Assembly (NCBI GenBank): GCA_030390025.1 | Contig: JASTWF010000493.1 | Span: 248,001-312,000, forward strand | Source: Squalus acanthias | Taxonomy: Eukaryota | Direction of reading: 5' to 3' | DNA: 64,000 bases | Shown: positions 39,048 through 52,618 of the stretch, in pieces | Position numbering within the stretch: position 1 is the first letter of the stretch | Layout: the number at the start of each line of letters is the position of its first letter | Translations under genes and position numbers: made by a program | Notes under the pieces: model-generated | Told to the model about the DNA's origin: nothing | What the model saw: only the letters and a program-made list of their open reading frames with translations | The model's database searches: none

Positions 39048-39307
39048 ATCTATTTATATCTATATCTATCTACCAATCTATATCTCTATATATCTTTGTC
39101 TGTTTATATCTCTACCTAGGTATATCTATCTATCTATCTATATCGCTATCTATTTATATCTACCTCTATCTGTCTATACCACTATCTATATACCTCTATC
39201 TATATCTCTATCTATATCTCTTTCTATCTATCTTTATCACTCTATCTATACCTCTATCTGTCCCTCTATCTATATCTATCTATATCTCTATCTATCTATA
39301 TCTATCT
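39048..39307. repeat. Degenerate (TATC/TCTA)n microsatellite
   Basis: Directly visible; continues at 40121-40145 after the CR1 insertion. Confidence 0.9.
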
Positions 39308-40120
39308 TTGAAGGTGGCAGGACAGGTTAACAAAGCAGTTAATAAAGCATATGGGATCCTGGGCTTTATAAATAGAGGTCATGATGCGGAGATGCTGGCG
39401 TTGGACTGGGGTGGACAAAAATGAGAAGTCGCACAACACCAGGTTATAGTCCAACAGATCTGTTGGACTATAACCTGGTGTTGTGCGACTTCTCATTTTT
39501 ATAAATAGAGGCATAGAGTACAAAAGCCTGGAAGTTATGCTAAACCAATATAAAACACTGGTTTGGCCCCAGCTGGAGTTTTGTGTCCAATTCTGGGCAC
39601 CATGCTTTAGGAAGGACGTGAAGGCTTTGGAGAGGGTACAGAAGAGATTTACTAGAATGGTTCCAGGAATGAGGGATTACAGTTATATTGATAGACTGGA
39701 GAAACTGGGGTTGTTCTCCTGAGAACAGAGAACGCTAAGAGGAGATTTGATAGAGGTGTTTAAAATCATTGAAGTGTTTACATACAACAAATAAAGAGCA
39801 ACTGTGCCAATGGTTGAAGGGTCGATAATGAGAGGGCACAGATTTAAGGTGATTGGCAAAAGAACCAGAGGCGACATGAGGAAAAACTTTTTTATGAAAC
39901 TAGTGGTTAGGATTTGGAATGCACTGCCTGATAGGATGGTGGCTACAGATTCAATAGTAGCCTTCAAAAGGGAATTGGATAAATATTGAAGGAGAAAAAA
40001 TTGCAGGGATATGGGGAAAGAGCGGGGGAGTGGGACTAACTGGATTGCTCTTCGAAAGAGCCGGAGCAGACTCGATGGGCCGAATGGCCTCCTTCTGTGT
40101 TGTGCTATTCTATGATTCAA
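39308..40120 (+). mobile_element. CR1 LINE 3' fragment
   Basis: LKVAGQVNKAVNKAYGILGFINRG|IEYKSLEVMLNQYKTLVWPQLEFCVQFWAP; RGHRFKVIG; (attctatg) tail. Confidence 0.9.
39379..39497. mobile_element. Penelope-like inverted micro-insertion forming a perfect 84-bp palindrome
   Basis: 39417-39500 equals its own reverse complement; 14-bp TSD tttataaatagagg (39365 / 39498); 36 bp identical to 63857-63892. Confidence 0.85.
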
Positions 40121-43100
40121 TGATATCTCTATCTATATCTCTATGATAGACTGGCATTGGGACTCACACGAGAGTATGCAAAGCGACATTTTATCTTTTA
40201 GAAATCTAAATTTGAATGGCGGGGAAATCGATATATACATCAGAATGGAAATTATTTTGCAGTTTGTATCAACTTATTTGAACTACTGAAAGTATAATTA
40301 GTGTACATGAATCTTCTTTATGCGATCTTCTTTATCTGTTAGGTTTTTGTTCATCCAAATTGGTTTCGGGTCCTGGGCTCTCTATAAACTTGCTTTTCAA
40401 CGGCTTTGAATTTATGCCTCGAGATACCAACTCTTAATCCATGCAGCTGAAACTCCTTCCTCGGTATCATAGGAGTCTTTAACCTATTTGAAATAAATGG
40501 TTGAACCTTCCGCTAAAATGCAGCACAGGAATTTCGGAGGGACACGTCAAACATTTGTACCCTGGGATCTCATGCATAATTTCATGGTCCTTGTTTGTAA
40601 TGTTACGACAGTGTTCACACTCTCAACTGCTATCTCTTAATATTAAACTTGGCTAACTGGGGAGTGGAGTGGAGGGGAGGGTGGGGTGGGGAGTGAAGGG
40701 GATGATGAGGTGGGGAGGGGGGGGGCAGTTTTGAGTACCTTACGAGCAAGTTTGGGTGGAGCTTCTTTGTCACTGACTTGCGTGGGACCTACAGGAAGGG
40801 TAGTCGGGGTATAATCGGGGTCAGCCAACCACACACTGCAGCCCACTCATAGCAGATAAAACTGGTAGCTGCAATATAATTGCCGCCTATGCTAAATGAT
40901 ACGGAACTTTAACATTCTGGTAAGGTTTATAATGTGGCGTTTTCGATTAATATTCACATTATTTTAACTAGTCCGATCGATCGATCGAGATAGACGTAAA
41001 CATTCTAACAAGCTGTGCAGAGATTATTTCGAGCCCCAAATGTCCCGAAATATCTTGTGCAGGATTGACGAAAGAATTAAGAAGCAGCCAAGGTGGGGCT
41101 GTTTGAGGTTGTGCGAGCTGAGTATAAATTGAAAACCAGATGAAGATTCTCTGCTCGGATGAGTATCCCGGGTGGGATTAGTTCCCAAACTTTTAAATAG
41201 AGAGTAAATCGGAGCCCTTTTCAGTGACAGTAGATAAGTGTAGCAACTGTTACAATGAGTGAATGACAGATATAAAGATTTTCCACCACCCATGGCGTGT
41301 ATTCAGGCCCCATTGTACAAACTCCAAGCCAACGTAATACCAACAATCTATAGGCACAGCAACACTCCAAATTTCTTCTAATTACTCTAATTAGGGAGCC
41401 GGGTTGAGAGCTGCTTGGGAAGGATACCTTCTTATCAAGATGCTTTATGCTGCCAATCAGTACTGGATAAATGCTCATTCTCTCCGACAGCAAGAGAGCG
41501 GAGGAGGCACGAGAGGCTATCTCACTCTTTAAAGATTTGTCTTCTCCAAAAAATCTTTGGTGTAATGCTCGGAGAATGGCATATTAATGAAAAGATGCTG
41601 CATGACACATTCGTTGTTCATCCGCCCATCGTATTGTTCGATGAAGCATTGAACTGATACTCCAGTATAGGTGCAAAAGTACAAGTAATATACCACAAAT
41701 AGATGATTTACATTTGGGCCAAAAAGGCTCTATACGCGCAATCCTGGAAATAAACATAATTGCATTTCTCGATTTGGTGCTGACAATGGTCCCCTCGCAA
41801 TACCTTTCACAAGTCTTTGAGATGATTCAATATCTCTTACGTTATTACGGACACCGATGGTTCAGATGGAGTCTACGGAATGCATGCACATTCAAATAAA
41901 AAGTGTTTTCAACCGTTTTATCCTGTCGACAAGGTACAAGGGATGTAATTACACTTTAGTTCCACAAAATTACAGTAAAGAATATTGTTACAACTTTTTG
42001 AACTTTGTAATTTTTGAATAAAGTGGAGCCGGACTTCTAAGAGGGGGAAGTGATTTGGTTTATTGTGGAAAACATTCTGCTTAGGGAACAGCAATTTGCT
42101 ATAATTGTCGGGAGCAAAGAACAAGTAAAAGCGCATTCTTCTTTTAAAGATGGGACACATCGAATTTCTTTCCGTCATTATAAAGCAGTTATACCCGATT
42201 TTTATGAAATTCTGCTATGCATTGGGAATAGTAATGTATTATTGCTCAGACTAGAATTGTATTACAAAAAGTCCTTGGTGTTAATTGTAAAATTCGCACG
42301 AAATGGAAAATGTTGTTATACTGTGCGCTAAAAATTAGAACACATCTGAATAGCGGGGACTCCCAAGAGCCCAATAAAATGACCCTCTGCGTGTGGTTTA
42401 CTGGGAGTTAAGCTTTTAATTGGTCAATAAATTATAAAGGGAGTGCGTTAGTAGGTGCAGGTGTAAAAACAGAGTGAAGTCTTGTATTTGGCTGGGCTTA
42501 TAGGGTAGGTCACCCCACACCCACACTGTCACCATCAGGTCAACTGACAACAAAACAAACAGCAGTCACACACAGAGCACAGCAGATGGGAACCGCACCC
42601 GTTTAAAGAGACAGTATCCTTGTGTTGGTCTAATTAGACAGTAATTCAAAACTCCACAAACCAGGGCTGCAAACCCCATCCTTTTAACGTGCCGCCATTG
42701 GATTGATGAGGTCCGTGTAGCGTATTGAGAATGCAATCAAATTTTACACGTTTGGACCCGGCCTGCCATTGCGAATCTATTTTTAAGTAACTCGGTGTAA
42801 TTAAAATTACCTTTACTTGTCATAGCTATAAAACCGGCTGTGCAGCACCGTGTTGTCTCAGCTTTAAGTATAAAATATACACTTTAAAAAATGGGTAGAT
42901 CCTGTATCGGGCAGCCTTCATTCAGTCCGTGATCAGGATACTCAAGCATCGATGGAAGGTTTACTGAATTATTTACACTGGTGAAGATCAAAATATTAAA
43001 AGAGGGAGCTATTATATTGGCCAGGACTTCTAGAACCTCGATAATCTAAAACTTTCTTTTACAGTTTACCGTTATCTATTTATTTAAATATATTTTCATT

Positions 43101-43354
43101 TCACTTTTTTTCTTGAACATCAGGCGCTTTAATTCAAAAATCGAGAACTCTGGCACTATCGGAATGAAGTGCCTGGCACTGTGGGTGCTACAGGTGAAGT
43201 CCTACTTGATTGGAAGATATTTGGTAAAACTAAGGCGGGTCGCTGGCGGTCCCCATCCCCACCGAAAAGGCTCAAGTGCCGCCCGACCCAACCTGTAGAG
43301 TCAGCCCTTCATATTAAGCGGCACTTCCCCACCATCACCACTTTTACTGGTGCA

Positions 43355-43600
43355 TTATATAGGATTACATAGGATATACAGCACAGAAACAGGCCTTTCG
43401 GCCCAACCAGTCCATGCCGGCGTTTATGCTCCAATGGAGCCGCCCCCCCCCCCCCTCTTTCCTCATCTAAATCTATCAGCAAAACCCTCTATTCCCTTCT
43501 CCCTCATATGCTTGTCTAGCCTCCCCTTAAATGCATCTATACTATTCGCTTCAACTACTCCCTGTGGTGGCGAGTTCCACATTCTCGCCACTCTTTGGGT
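43355..43600 (-). mobile_element. CR1 3' tail fragment
   Basis: Reverse complement of the 11770-11970 family tail (RVARMWNSPPQGVVEANSIDAFKGRLDKHMREKG on minus). Confidence 0.85.
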
Positions 43601-46600
43601 AACTTCATATAACTTCAACACTGAATCAAAATATAACAATGAAAAATCACTGAGTAAAAATAAAGTGGTTGGAAACTCTCCACTAACAACACTTGTTGAT
43701 TACTAGTGTTATCTTAAAATAGGTCTCTGGTGGATCGTAAAGGCGAATCGATTCATTTCCGATGACTTGTATATCATGCCTTGGTTGGTCTAAATTGACC
43801 TTTGCCAACAAAAAAAGGATCTTCAGTATCAAATAGGTTTAAGCAGTGCGTCAGCATCGCGCTCTGCCTCACTTCCTAGGATATCAACGTTTTGTCACGC
43901 AACGTTTACACACACACACGGGCACACATTACTTTCCCGATTTGCACATTACTGTACACCGTGTAATATAATCAGATACATGATCCACAGACCTAAACAA
44001 AGGTGCGACTGCTGATTGTAACACAAATACTGTCAGACGCCTTCCAGACATGTGTAGTCTTGAAGAAGGAGACCGTGGCCTTTAGTGACTTTCTACAGAC
44101 TGCATTAATACGGTTAAACATTACATGCGGGCAGCATTCGCTTTCTCCGCTTGTCACGAAGTTCAAAGCATTTCAAAGGAAAATAAGCGAAGAAAATGTC
44201 ATGAAGTCTACAGTCAGACTCCATCTTGTTTACAGAATCTTGGACATTATGTTGTAAACTCCATATAAAATGAAAGGGAGAATTTAAAAAACTATATTAA
44301 ACTTTTAAGGACGTCAAATTATTTTCCAAAGGCGTGTTGTATAGGGGCTGACGTTGTGTGGTTTTTAGGTTAAATTAGATAGGTTAGCACGAACTGCCCT
44401 TTTAGAGTTTCATCAGCCATCCCTTTAAAACAATGAAATGGAATCTAACATTTTATTAGATTACAGAGTAATATTGTCATTTTAAATTATTATATAAAGA
44501 ATCTCACCATTTTCGTTGGGAATACTCCGTAACGTAGTAACGAGCACATGCTTTGTCATATAAGAATATTGAAAAGTTTGAAGTTTTTTTTGGAAAACGT
44601 GGCCTCGATTGAATGCGCCTACTAATCCGTTTGTTTTCTGATTGATTACACACAAAAACCGCCTGTTTAAAGATTGTTAATAAAGTCAGGGCAAGTATCC
44701 AGACAATAGATTAACATTCTTTCACTGAAAGAGCCTAAGCAATAAGTGATAAAATAAGGCATTTCAAAAGTTAGTCCCTTCACCTATATATAGCCCAGTT
44801 ACACCGAACGCATTTAAGCAAACATGAGGCTCCACAGCACTGGAGATTTTATCTAAATAAAGTACGCTCTGGGGGGAAGAAGTAACAAGGGAAAGTGATG
44901 TGGTTAATACAGCAAGACAAACATAGGCTATCTGAGCAGATAAGTGGGCCTTGTGTATCTCAAAGGGGGATAGCTATAAACAACCTAAGTGTTAATGCTG
45001 ACAAAAGTTTGTCAGTAATGCAGGTGCATTTTGAATACTCTTATTGTGCTGCACCTACAAAAGCCCAGAAATCTTTAACATTATTTGACAATTGAAACAG
45101 CTTAGTACCTTTCCAACATTGTAACAAAAGAAGCCTTTAAATCCAATTCAATTTGCCTTTGTTTTGATGTTTATAGTTATAAGGTCAAACCCAGTTACCA
45201 AAACACATTCTAACCTACACCAATTGCTGTTGTATTCTGTCCTAATTGATTCATTATTTTGTATTTTCCCCCTTAAATCACTTCATATTTCAGGTTTGCT
45301 TGTCCGCTAGGGGGTATATCTTGCTCTGTGTATAAAATAAAAGAATAAATATTTTACTTAAGTGGAGAAGTTCATAATGACAGTTTAATAAAGAATGTTC
45401 ATTTGAGTTTGTACACAGACCTAGCAGTGAAACTGATTGATACAAAGTTCTACGCTTGTAACTTATCCAGCCAAGGTCATATGTTTATTTCGAACCGTAA
45501 ACTATTAATCTGAAGACACGTGTCTTTCTACAGGCATGTGTGGATAAACGAGATTTTATAGAGATGGAAACCGCGTGTTTTTATAGGCAACTGTATCTCC
45601 AGTTTCTTATTTTCGGTTGCAACTACCTTTTGTCGCTTAAAATTCCTTGTGTGGCTTATGGATAATGTAATCATCCACCGCTATTTATTCAAAAAGCTCT
45701 GCCAAGCAAGGAAAACAAAGAAGACATCTTGAGATAGCGTGAGCCCTGTCACGCAATGTATTACAAAGCTGCTGAGTGCCATTGTCCAGTCTATCTATTT
45801 TAAGTTAGCTGATGTACGGCTATAAATGTTACATTTCACCATCGCGTTCTCCCAGTGCAGTCCCCAGAAAGCAATGCACCTCATCTTTTAATTTTGATCT
45901 GCTTGGTTATATATTCGCAAAATGTTAAACCTTCTCGGAACAAACATTAAAATATAGAATTGGCTAGAAAGAAATGTGCAATGATTTTAAAGTGATATAA
46001 TTTTTTAGAAATATCTGTTTTCTCACGATCTGATCAAGTGATTGTCTTAAATCTGATCAGGATTTCCTCATTCTCTTGTCCTGAAGTCAACTGCGTGTAG
46101 TCCCGACCCAGATGGGACTAGTGTCCTCTTGTGGCCTGTGAAAATTCAGTATAGATATAGTTCCAGTGCTTGCCTGTTTTATGTTTCATTCAGTGTGAAG
46201 CCAGATTTTCATTTTCTTCATTTATTCTGCTTGCCGAAAACTTTTAAAGCACAGGCAACATTTTTCACAATCCACAACATTCACAGTTGCTCTTAAACCC
46301 TTCTGTAAACGATTCGCGGACCTAGCTTAATAATGGGGAGGGAAATGACTTTAAATCAAGACCTTTGCACGGTTTGAGCCGTCATGGGACGTGTTCAAAT
46401 AAGAAGATACTGCTAAAAACGTCGGTGCGAAAGTGCAGGCAAAAATGATAAAGAACGAGCACATAACCAGCAAAGTCGATCAACACAGTAAATCACGCCA
46501 CGTATTCTAAAATGGAACAGGCCCTCGTTATTATTGAATTGACCCTTAGATGTGTAACATTCATTAGAGACTACACACGGGGATGAGGGTAATTATTGAA

Positions 46601-49600
46601 AATTCAAACAGAATTGAACCAAATTGAATAAACTAGGTTAAGCATTGTCAGATGGAGTGGTCTCTTGGAAAAGTGTGATTCTAATGGAGTCTTTGGGGTC
46701 ATCACTAAAAGCCCATTCTCCCTGAAGTGTGGGTTGTTCACTTAATTTGAATTTTGTCTTTTTAAATTTAATGTTATCTATATTTTCCCGCTCGCCCTGT
46801 AACCTGCAGCTGCACAGAGGATGAGATGTAAGATGGAAGTTAGAGTGAGCCGTATTAGTACAGGTGGAAGTGTGTTCTGACCCACCGCACGCAAATGCAA
46901 TTTGTTCCTCATGTCCTTCGTTAATCATGTCATGTACCCCTATATTACCCTTACATTTTTCACAGGCAAGAAAATAAGTGGAAACACATCCCAGCGCGCC
47001 TGGACTAATGGGATCTCTAACTCAAGTGTAATATCCCTCTTTCAAGCTGACACTAGGTTTTGAACACGGCTGTAGTTTTGGTCAGTCTGCAGTCACTATT
47101 TTGTTGCTTTGTTTCCTTACAGCTGAGTGAAACATGGCCAGCACTAACCACATTGATCTACGTGAATCTTTGCAAGTGGATACAAAGTTAATTTCAAATA
47201 TAAAACAAAGCTCACCAAGCTTTCAATGAACATATATTCTAACAATACAATCGCTGCATTGATTTAAAACCCCTACTCGTTTTATGCACATCGGCCTGAC
47301 CATTTTGAAACATGTTTACACGGTGTGAAAAACGTTTGAAGTGATCTTTACAAATTAAATGGAGACTATTGTTTTTTATATTCCTTTCCCACCATGGTGT
47401 TTTAAGATGTTCTATGATTTTTAAAGGGAATTTACAGTCGTTCTGGGCCATTCTGTAGGCATCAAGGAATCTAAACGACATAGCACATGGCCAACCGACT
47501 AAAACATAAATCAATATATGTTTCCTCCGTTTCTTACAGCAGTAAGTGATGTAAAACGAATTAAATATTTGGCTTTGTAATTTGTTACAGTGACTCAGTA
47601 ACATGAGTTTCACCACTAGTGACTTTTAATTAATTCAGTTTATGCTAAATACCCGCAGCAAAAGTAGTGTCTGATTGATTATTGCTTCAGAAATGTATTA
47701 CAGATGCCTTGGGCCTACAGGTTAAAATGGTAATGTAGTAACATGGATTTTATTTTTCTTATCTATTTTGCGAATTGTATACATTCTGTGTATGCATAGA
47801 TATATACATGGGTAAATAAATATCTAGATGGATGGTACGATTAAATAATGTCTTGTACTTTTAAAGAACCGTAAGCAAATGATGTTCGACTTCCAGCTCA
47901 CAGCTCCTGGTTTACAGCAAGAGGGAGTGCAATACTGGAAATGATGATTGTTGTTATAAAAGTATCTGCAATATTTTAACATTAGAGCACATTAAACGGA
48001 AATCCAAGGGTGCTTCATAAAACGTCACACTGAGCGTAAAGCGCGTTCGGCTTTCTGATATTTCTGCGTTGTTATAACATGGAAGGAAGGACCAAGTGGA
48101 CGAGTAGGCAGACACAACAGATAGAGAACCTGAAAGGCAGATACCGAAGCTCTTGCGACTCTTGGTGCGGCAAGAAATGATTCTGACACAAATGTTTGTA
48201 TTTAGTTTTGATTTTTAACGAACCTCACAAAAGGCGTGGACTTCCCCTTTTCCAAATCTTGTCCAACTTTATTCTTGGCACAGGGCCGCATTAATGATAT
48301 TTATTGGAACTATGGAAGAAGGCGACCTTAACTATTGCTATGCGCTGTTGAAATTAATGTCTTCCTCCATCTCTCCCCAGCACACACACGCGCACAATAG
48401 CACGAGTAAGAGCTCAAGTTGCAAAAAGTTTCCGAAAAAAAAAGTTGCAAAAAGCTCAGAAGATAGCTTACAATTTTCTACGGAAGTCTAATTACAAGAT
48501 ATGCATGTGTATTTAGTAAACCGTCAGGATAGTTTCAACCTACTAATAGCGCCAATAGCCTAATTTATCTTTTTGTAATCTTTCCGTGCCCCTAGTCATT
48601 CTGTTTCATGTCGTGAGTGAACCGTGGTGTGATTTGTCTATAATGGCGGTTTAAATCAATTTACTTCCAGCTCCTGGCACTTATTCTAAACCCCCCAAAT
48701 GGGGCTTGAGAAGCAGAACTCTACAGATTTCCAAAGTGCAAGTATAAAGCCTCAGCAACCTAACGCGCTAATTGTACTTCTGGTTGTTGGGAAGATAGCA
48801 GTGCTGATTTCTCTGCTTTTATAGCAATTGCCTATTTGTTGAGACTTGTCCTCCAAAGTGTAAAACAATTACTACAAACAGCCCCATTGTGCTTCAAAGA
48901 GTAGGTGAGTTATTGACAAGCTAAAGGAAATCCCTTTGCAAGAAATATTGACGTTCTTTGTTGTCACACCTGCAATGTACTAAATAGAAAGGCTGTCACG
49001 ATTGTCTTCTACAATTCCACTCTTCATACAACCGTTCACGACTTTGGATTTACTTGCACATAGTGCATCTGCTCATTCTTGCTGGCTATAAAGTAACGAC
49101 TGTTAACTTTTTGTAGTACATTAACTGTAATGAAAACTGATTTCGTCATGTTTCTTGTGTGAAATGAAATCCAGATATTACTCGTCGCAAGTTATTTGAA
49201 TGTGAAATAATATAGCGTTGAATTATGCATTTATTGATTGGTTCTACTTTCTCCTTGCCTGATGACCTCGATCTGTTTCACTACATTTCACTGGGGTTTG
49301 TCACTTTCAGTGGACGGAGCTGCCCGTTTGTTATTATTTCGACTATTTATATTGACGCTTAGTGTTATCAACCTGTCCCCCCCACCCCCCTCCACCCCGT
49401 ACTTTAATATTGCAGGTGGAGGGAAAATCACGCGGCAATATCTGAATCTATTATTAAATTAAATCTACGTTTAAGGTCATAAATTATATTCCTGCTAAAC
49501 AAACTCTGTAATAATCGACTACGTACTCCACTTAATTGAATGTGTGAATAGAAATCCCTGAAGATTATTAGTATTTTTAGCACGCAATAGAACCAATTTA

Positions 49601-50999
49601 CTCAAATCAGGTTAATAATCCCAGATTTCGTCCAGTCAGAACTTTAGCAGTGGACTCAGGGTATTGCCGGGTCTAGCTGATCAGCTCTTGCTAAATGTCG
49701 AAATGATTATTTTTACTTGCTACAAATTATGTGTTTTAAATGCAGATACTTTGTTTGGAAGGTTATTCAATATAATTATACCGCATGGTTTCCTTGTCTA
49801 AAATATTTCTATAACAAGTCTACTAAATGTTATATTTCAAATAATAGTGAAAAGCACAACACATTACTATGTAGGCCAAATCATTTTTAGGCCAAATGAT
49901 TATGCAGTTCTAAAATCAATGTTGCTGGGTATGTCATAATTAGACTAAATGCCAGTGCATATTTACTGAGCGATCAGTCAAGATTCTAGCAGAGCAGACT
50001 GGGGAAAAACTTATTTCCGTCCCGTTTCAATTCTTACCTCGATGCTTTTAACATTTTGTTAGTTTTGCTTTCATTTATTTCTTGAAGTCACCACTTGGAA
50101 CAACGATTCAATAAAATCGTTTGATGTATGTGAACCTTATATCATAGAGCACGAAATTGTAGAGGTTATAACAGTTTCCAAAATCTTGCATTAAATGAAG
50201 TACACAATGCGCACACGGGGTTGTTGAAATTAGGTGCATTAACATTCATTCAAGTTAGGGGCAATGGCATCTCGCTATCACCGCCCAACAGAGAGTTGGT
50301 AAAACTGGCTCTGCTCGTCAAGTAGACAGGGGTTTCTTTCTTGAGTATTGGCACTTTGAAACACAAAAAGAGTCTCAAAATGGTGCAGCAAACTCCGAGC
50401 ACAATAACTGGTTCCTTAGCTCTTTTTAGCTTAAATAAAGTAATGGGATTATATTCATGTCTGGTACTTTAGGTTCAGACAGTAATATAAGAGGCACAAG
50501 AGTATAACCTCGAACTTGAAATAGGTAATAACCAAAGTATACGTTCAAACTGAAATGAAATGTGTTTCCTATATAATTGTCCAGCATTTAGCATGTTCTT
50601 AAAATATCAAAATGTTCTTTTCGCTTTCACAATTTTTCATCATTCTGTATGGGCCCTCCAAGTAAAACAGTGCATTGTGTACAAGACAAACAAAAGTTTT
50701 ACATTCCCCAAACTATATTATTTCATACAATATTATTGATAACTTCTTTTGCATTTCAGAGGCCTATCAGTTCGATTTGGAAATGCACATTTTAATGATA
50801 AGCTATTTTTGTTACAGACTGTATTACCAATCTATGCTGCAATTTAATTGTACTAGGGAAATATAGCTTAAATATTTAAGAAATCATTCTTACCCGCTAA
50901 AATCTCGTTACATTTAAACAGCATCGCATTTCAAATATCAGATAATCCAATATGCCGACACTGAAATTTACCTTTCTTACTAATGAATTCAAGCAAACA

Positions 51000-51628
51000 C
51001 ACCGAGAAATATTTTAAATTATAGATTTTATTTTTTAAGAAAAGTGTGAAAATATTGCATTAAAATAATACAGGAATGTTCGCCAGTATCCATTTCTTAA
51101 ACAATTTTTGCCTTAGAGAGGTACAGAGTCTATAAAACGTAATATCCATATACAAAACACAGGTTAAAAATATCAGCTGAATAGGCGTTTCAGAATCTTC
51201 TGTTTCACAGCTTTAAAAATCTGTTCTGTTTTTATTTCCCCATTACATTCTTTAAAGAGAAGGTTCTTACACTGTACATAGTGAGCGGTCGATAAACCAT
51301 TAGATGGCCTCATGTCGTTCAAAAACAGATTTGCTTTGTATTGCCTTCAATGGACTATTTAATTTTCTGCGTCAAGTTGAATTTCTACACCTGAGATGCC
51401 CGACACACACCATCACGAAGGTTTAGAAACAGTACCCAGTTAACATGTTTATTTCCTTCACATAACGCTTTACAGATATGTCTGCAATCCAACCCAAGTC
51501 TTTGGAAATGTACATAAATATATATACAAGATTAAGTCTGCTGAACTCTTGACTGTCCGTAATTCTGTTGACATATAGGAAATGTACAAAAATAATCCTA
51601 CCTTCAGATAGGCGTGCATTATATTTTA
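51000..51628 (-). promoter_or_regulatory. Putative foxd1 3' UTR with candidate polyA signals and a Pumilio element
   Basis: AATAAA on minus at ~51027, ~51231 and ~51448; UGUAUAUA on minus at 51521-51528. The true 3' end cannot be determined. Confidence 0.45.
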
Positions 51629-52618
51629 TTAACAGCCGTTAACATTTGGAATCCTACCATTAAAGTTCCCTGCATTTTGTATCACAGTCTCTTGGTGTAG
51701 ACTTGGCAGAGCCGATGAAGAGGAAGGTACTGATGATAATAGAGGAACGGCTGGAGACTGGGATGAGCAGCTGGCTGGACTGGCGTTGCCCCCTATGATA
51801 TTTTCTATGGAGAAAGGGGACCTTGATATGGCTGAGTTGTGTTTGACAGATTGCACTGAGGGGAGAGTAGGGCTAAGCTGCGGGTAGAAAGAATTCCTGG
51901 CTAGTTCGTTTGCGGGCAGCATGGACGGCGGGGGGATGGAATGGGCCTGCCTTGGAGGATGCTGAAAGGCAAAAACGGCAGAATGAGGGTGGTAAGCTTG
52001 GATCTGAAGCCCGTATCCACAGCCGTAAGGTCCGTAACCATAAGCAGGAATATAATTACCGTGCTCCCGGAGCAGATCCGCCGATTGCTGTCTTTTGAAT
52101 CGTTTTCTTCTCCGTAAAAAGCTGCCATTGTCAAACATATCTGCAGATTCGGGATCCAGAGTCCAGTAGTTGCCTTTGCCCGGATTACCAGGCTCCCTGG
52201 GAATTTTTACGAAACAGTCGTTTAAGGACAAATTGTGCCTGATGGAATTTTGCCAGGCGGGGAACTTCTCTCTGTAATAGGGGAACCTATTACTGATAAA
52301 TTCACAGATCTCACTCAGAGTCAGTCTCTTTTTTGGACTTTGGAGGATTGCCATTGTGATTAAGGCTATGTAAGAGTAAGGAGGTTTTACCAGAGGGTTT
52401 TTGCTGGCTGGTTTGTAAGGGTCCCGGTTCGATGAGCTGTCCACACAGGAAGGCGATCGGGGCGTTAGGATCTCAGAGTGCATTTGGCTCACCACTTCCC
52501 CAAAAGAGCTGCCCCCCTGGGCCTCCTCTTCCTCTCCTTCCGCTCCGTCTCCCACCACATCTATGTCGGTCTCTTCTGAAACGATGGACGCATCGGACAT
52601 TTCAGAGCTCAGAGTCAT
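51629..52618 (-). CDS. foxd1: Forkhead box protein D1 (single exon, 329 aa)
   Basis: N-terminus [23 protein letters not shown] (FoxD1-type); FoxD forkhead domain [36 protein letters not shown]...[23 protein letters not shown]; C-terminal eh1 motif FSIENII. FoxD class is certain; D1 rather than D2 rests on recalled N-terminal similarity. Confidence 0.9.
   Translation of the reverse strand: MTLSSEMSDASIVSEETDIDVVGDGAEGEEEEAQGGSSFGEVVSQMHSEILTPRSPSCVDSSSNRDPYKPASKNPLVKPPYSYIALITMAILQSPKKRLTLSEICEFISNRFPYYREKFPAWQNSIRHNLSLNDCFVKIPREPGNPGKGNYWTLDPESADMFDNGSFLRRRKRFKRQQSADLLREHGNYIPAYGYGPYGCGYGLQIQAYHPHSAVFAFQHPPRQAHSIPPPSMLPANELARNSFYPQLSPTLPSVQSVKHNSAISRSPFSIENIIGGNASPASCSSQSPAVPLLSSVPSSSSALPSLHQETVIQNAGNFNGRIPNVNGC

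Noticed and set aside
38966-39424. 152-aa hydrophobic ORF
   Set aside because: Translation of the (TATC)n microsatellite running into a CR1 fragment.
40974-40988. (GATC)n palindromic run
   Set aside because: Too short; a simple microsatellite seed.
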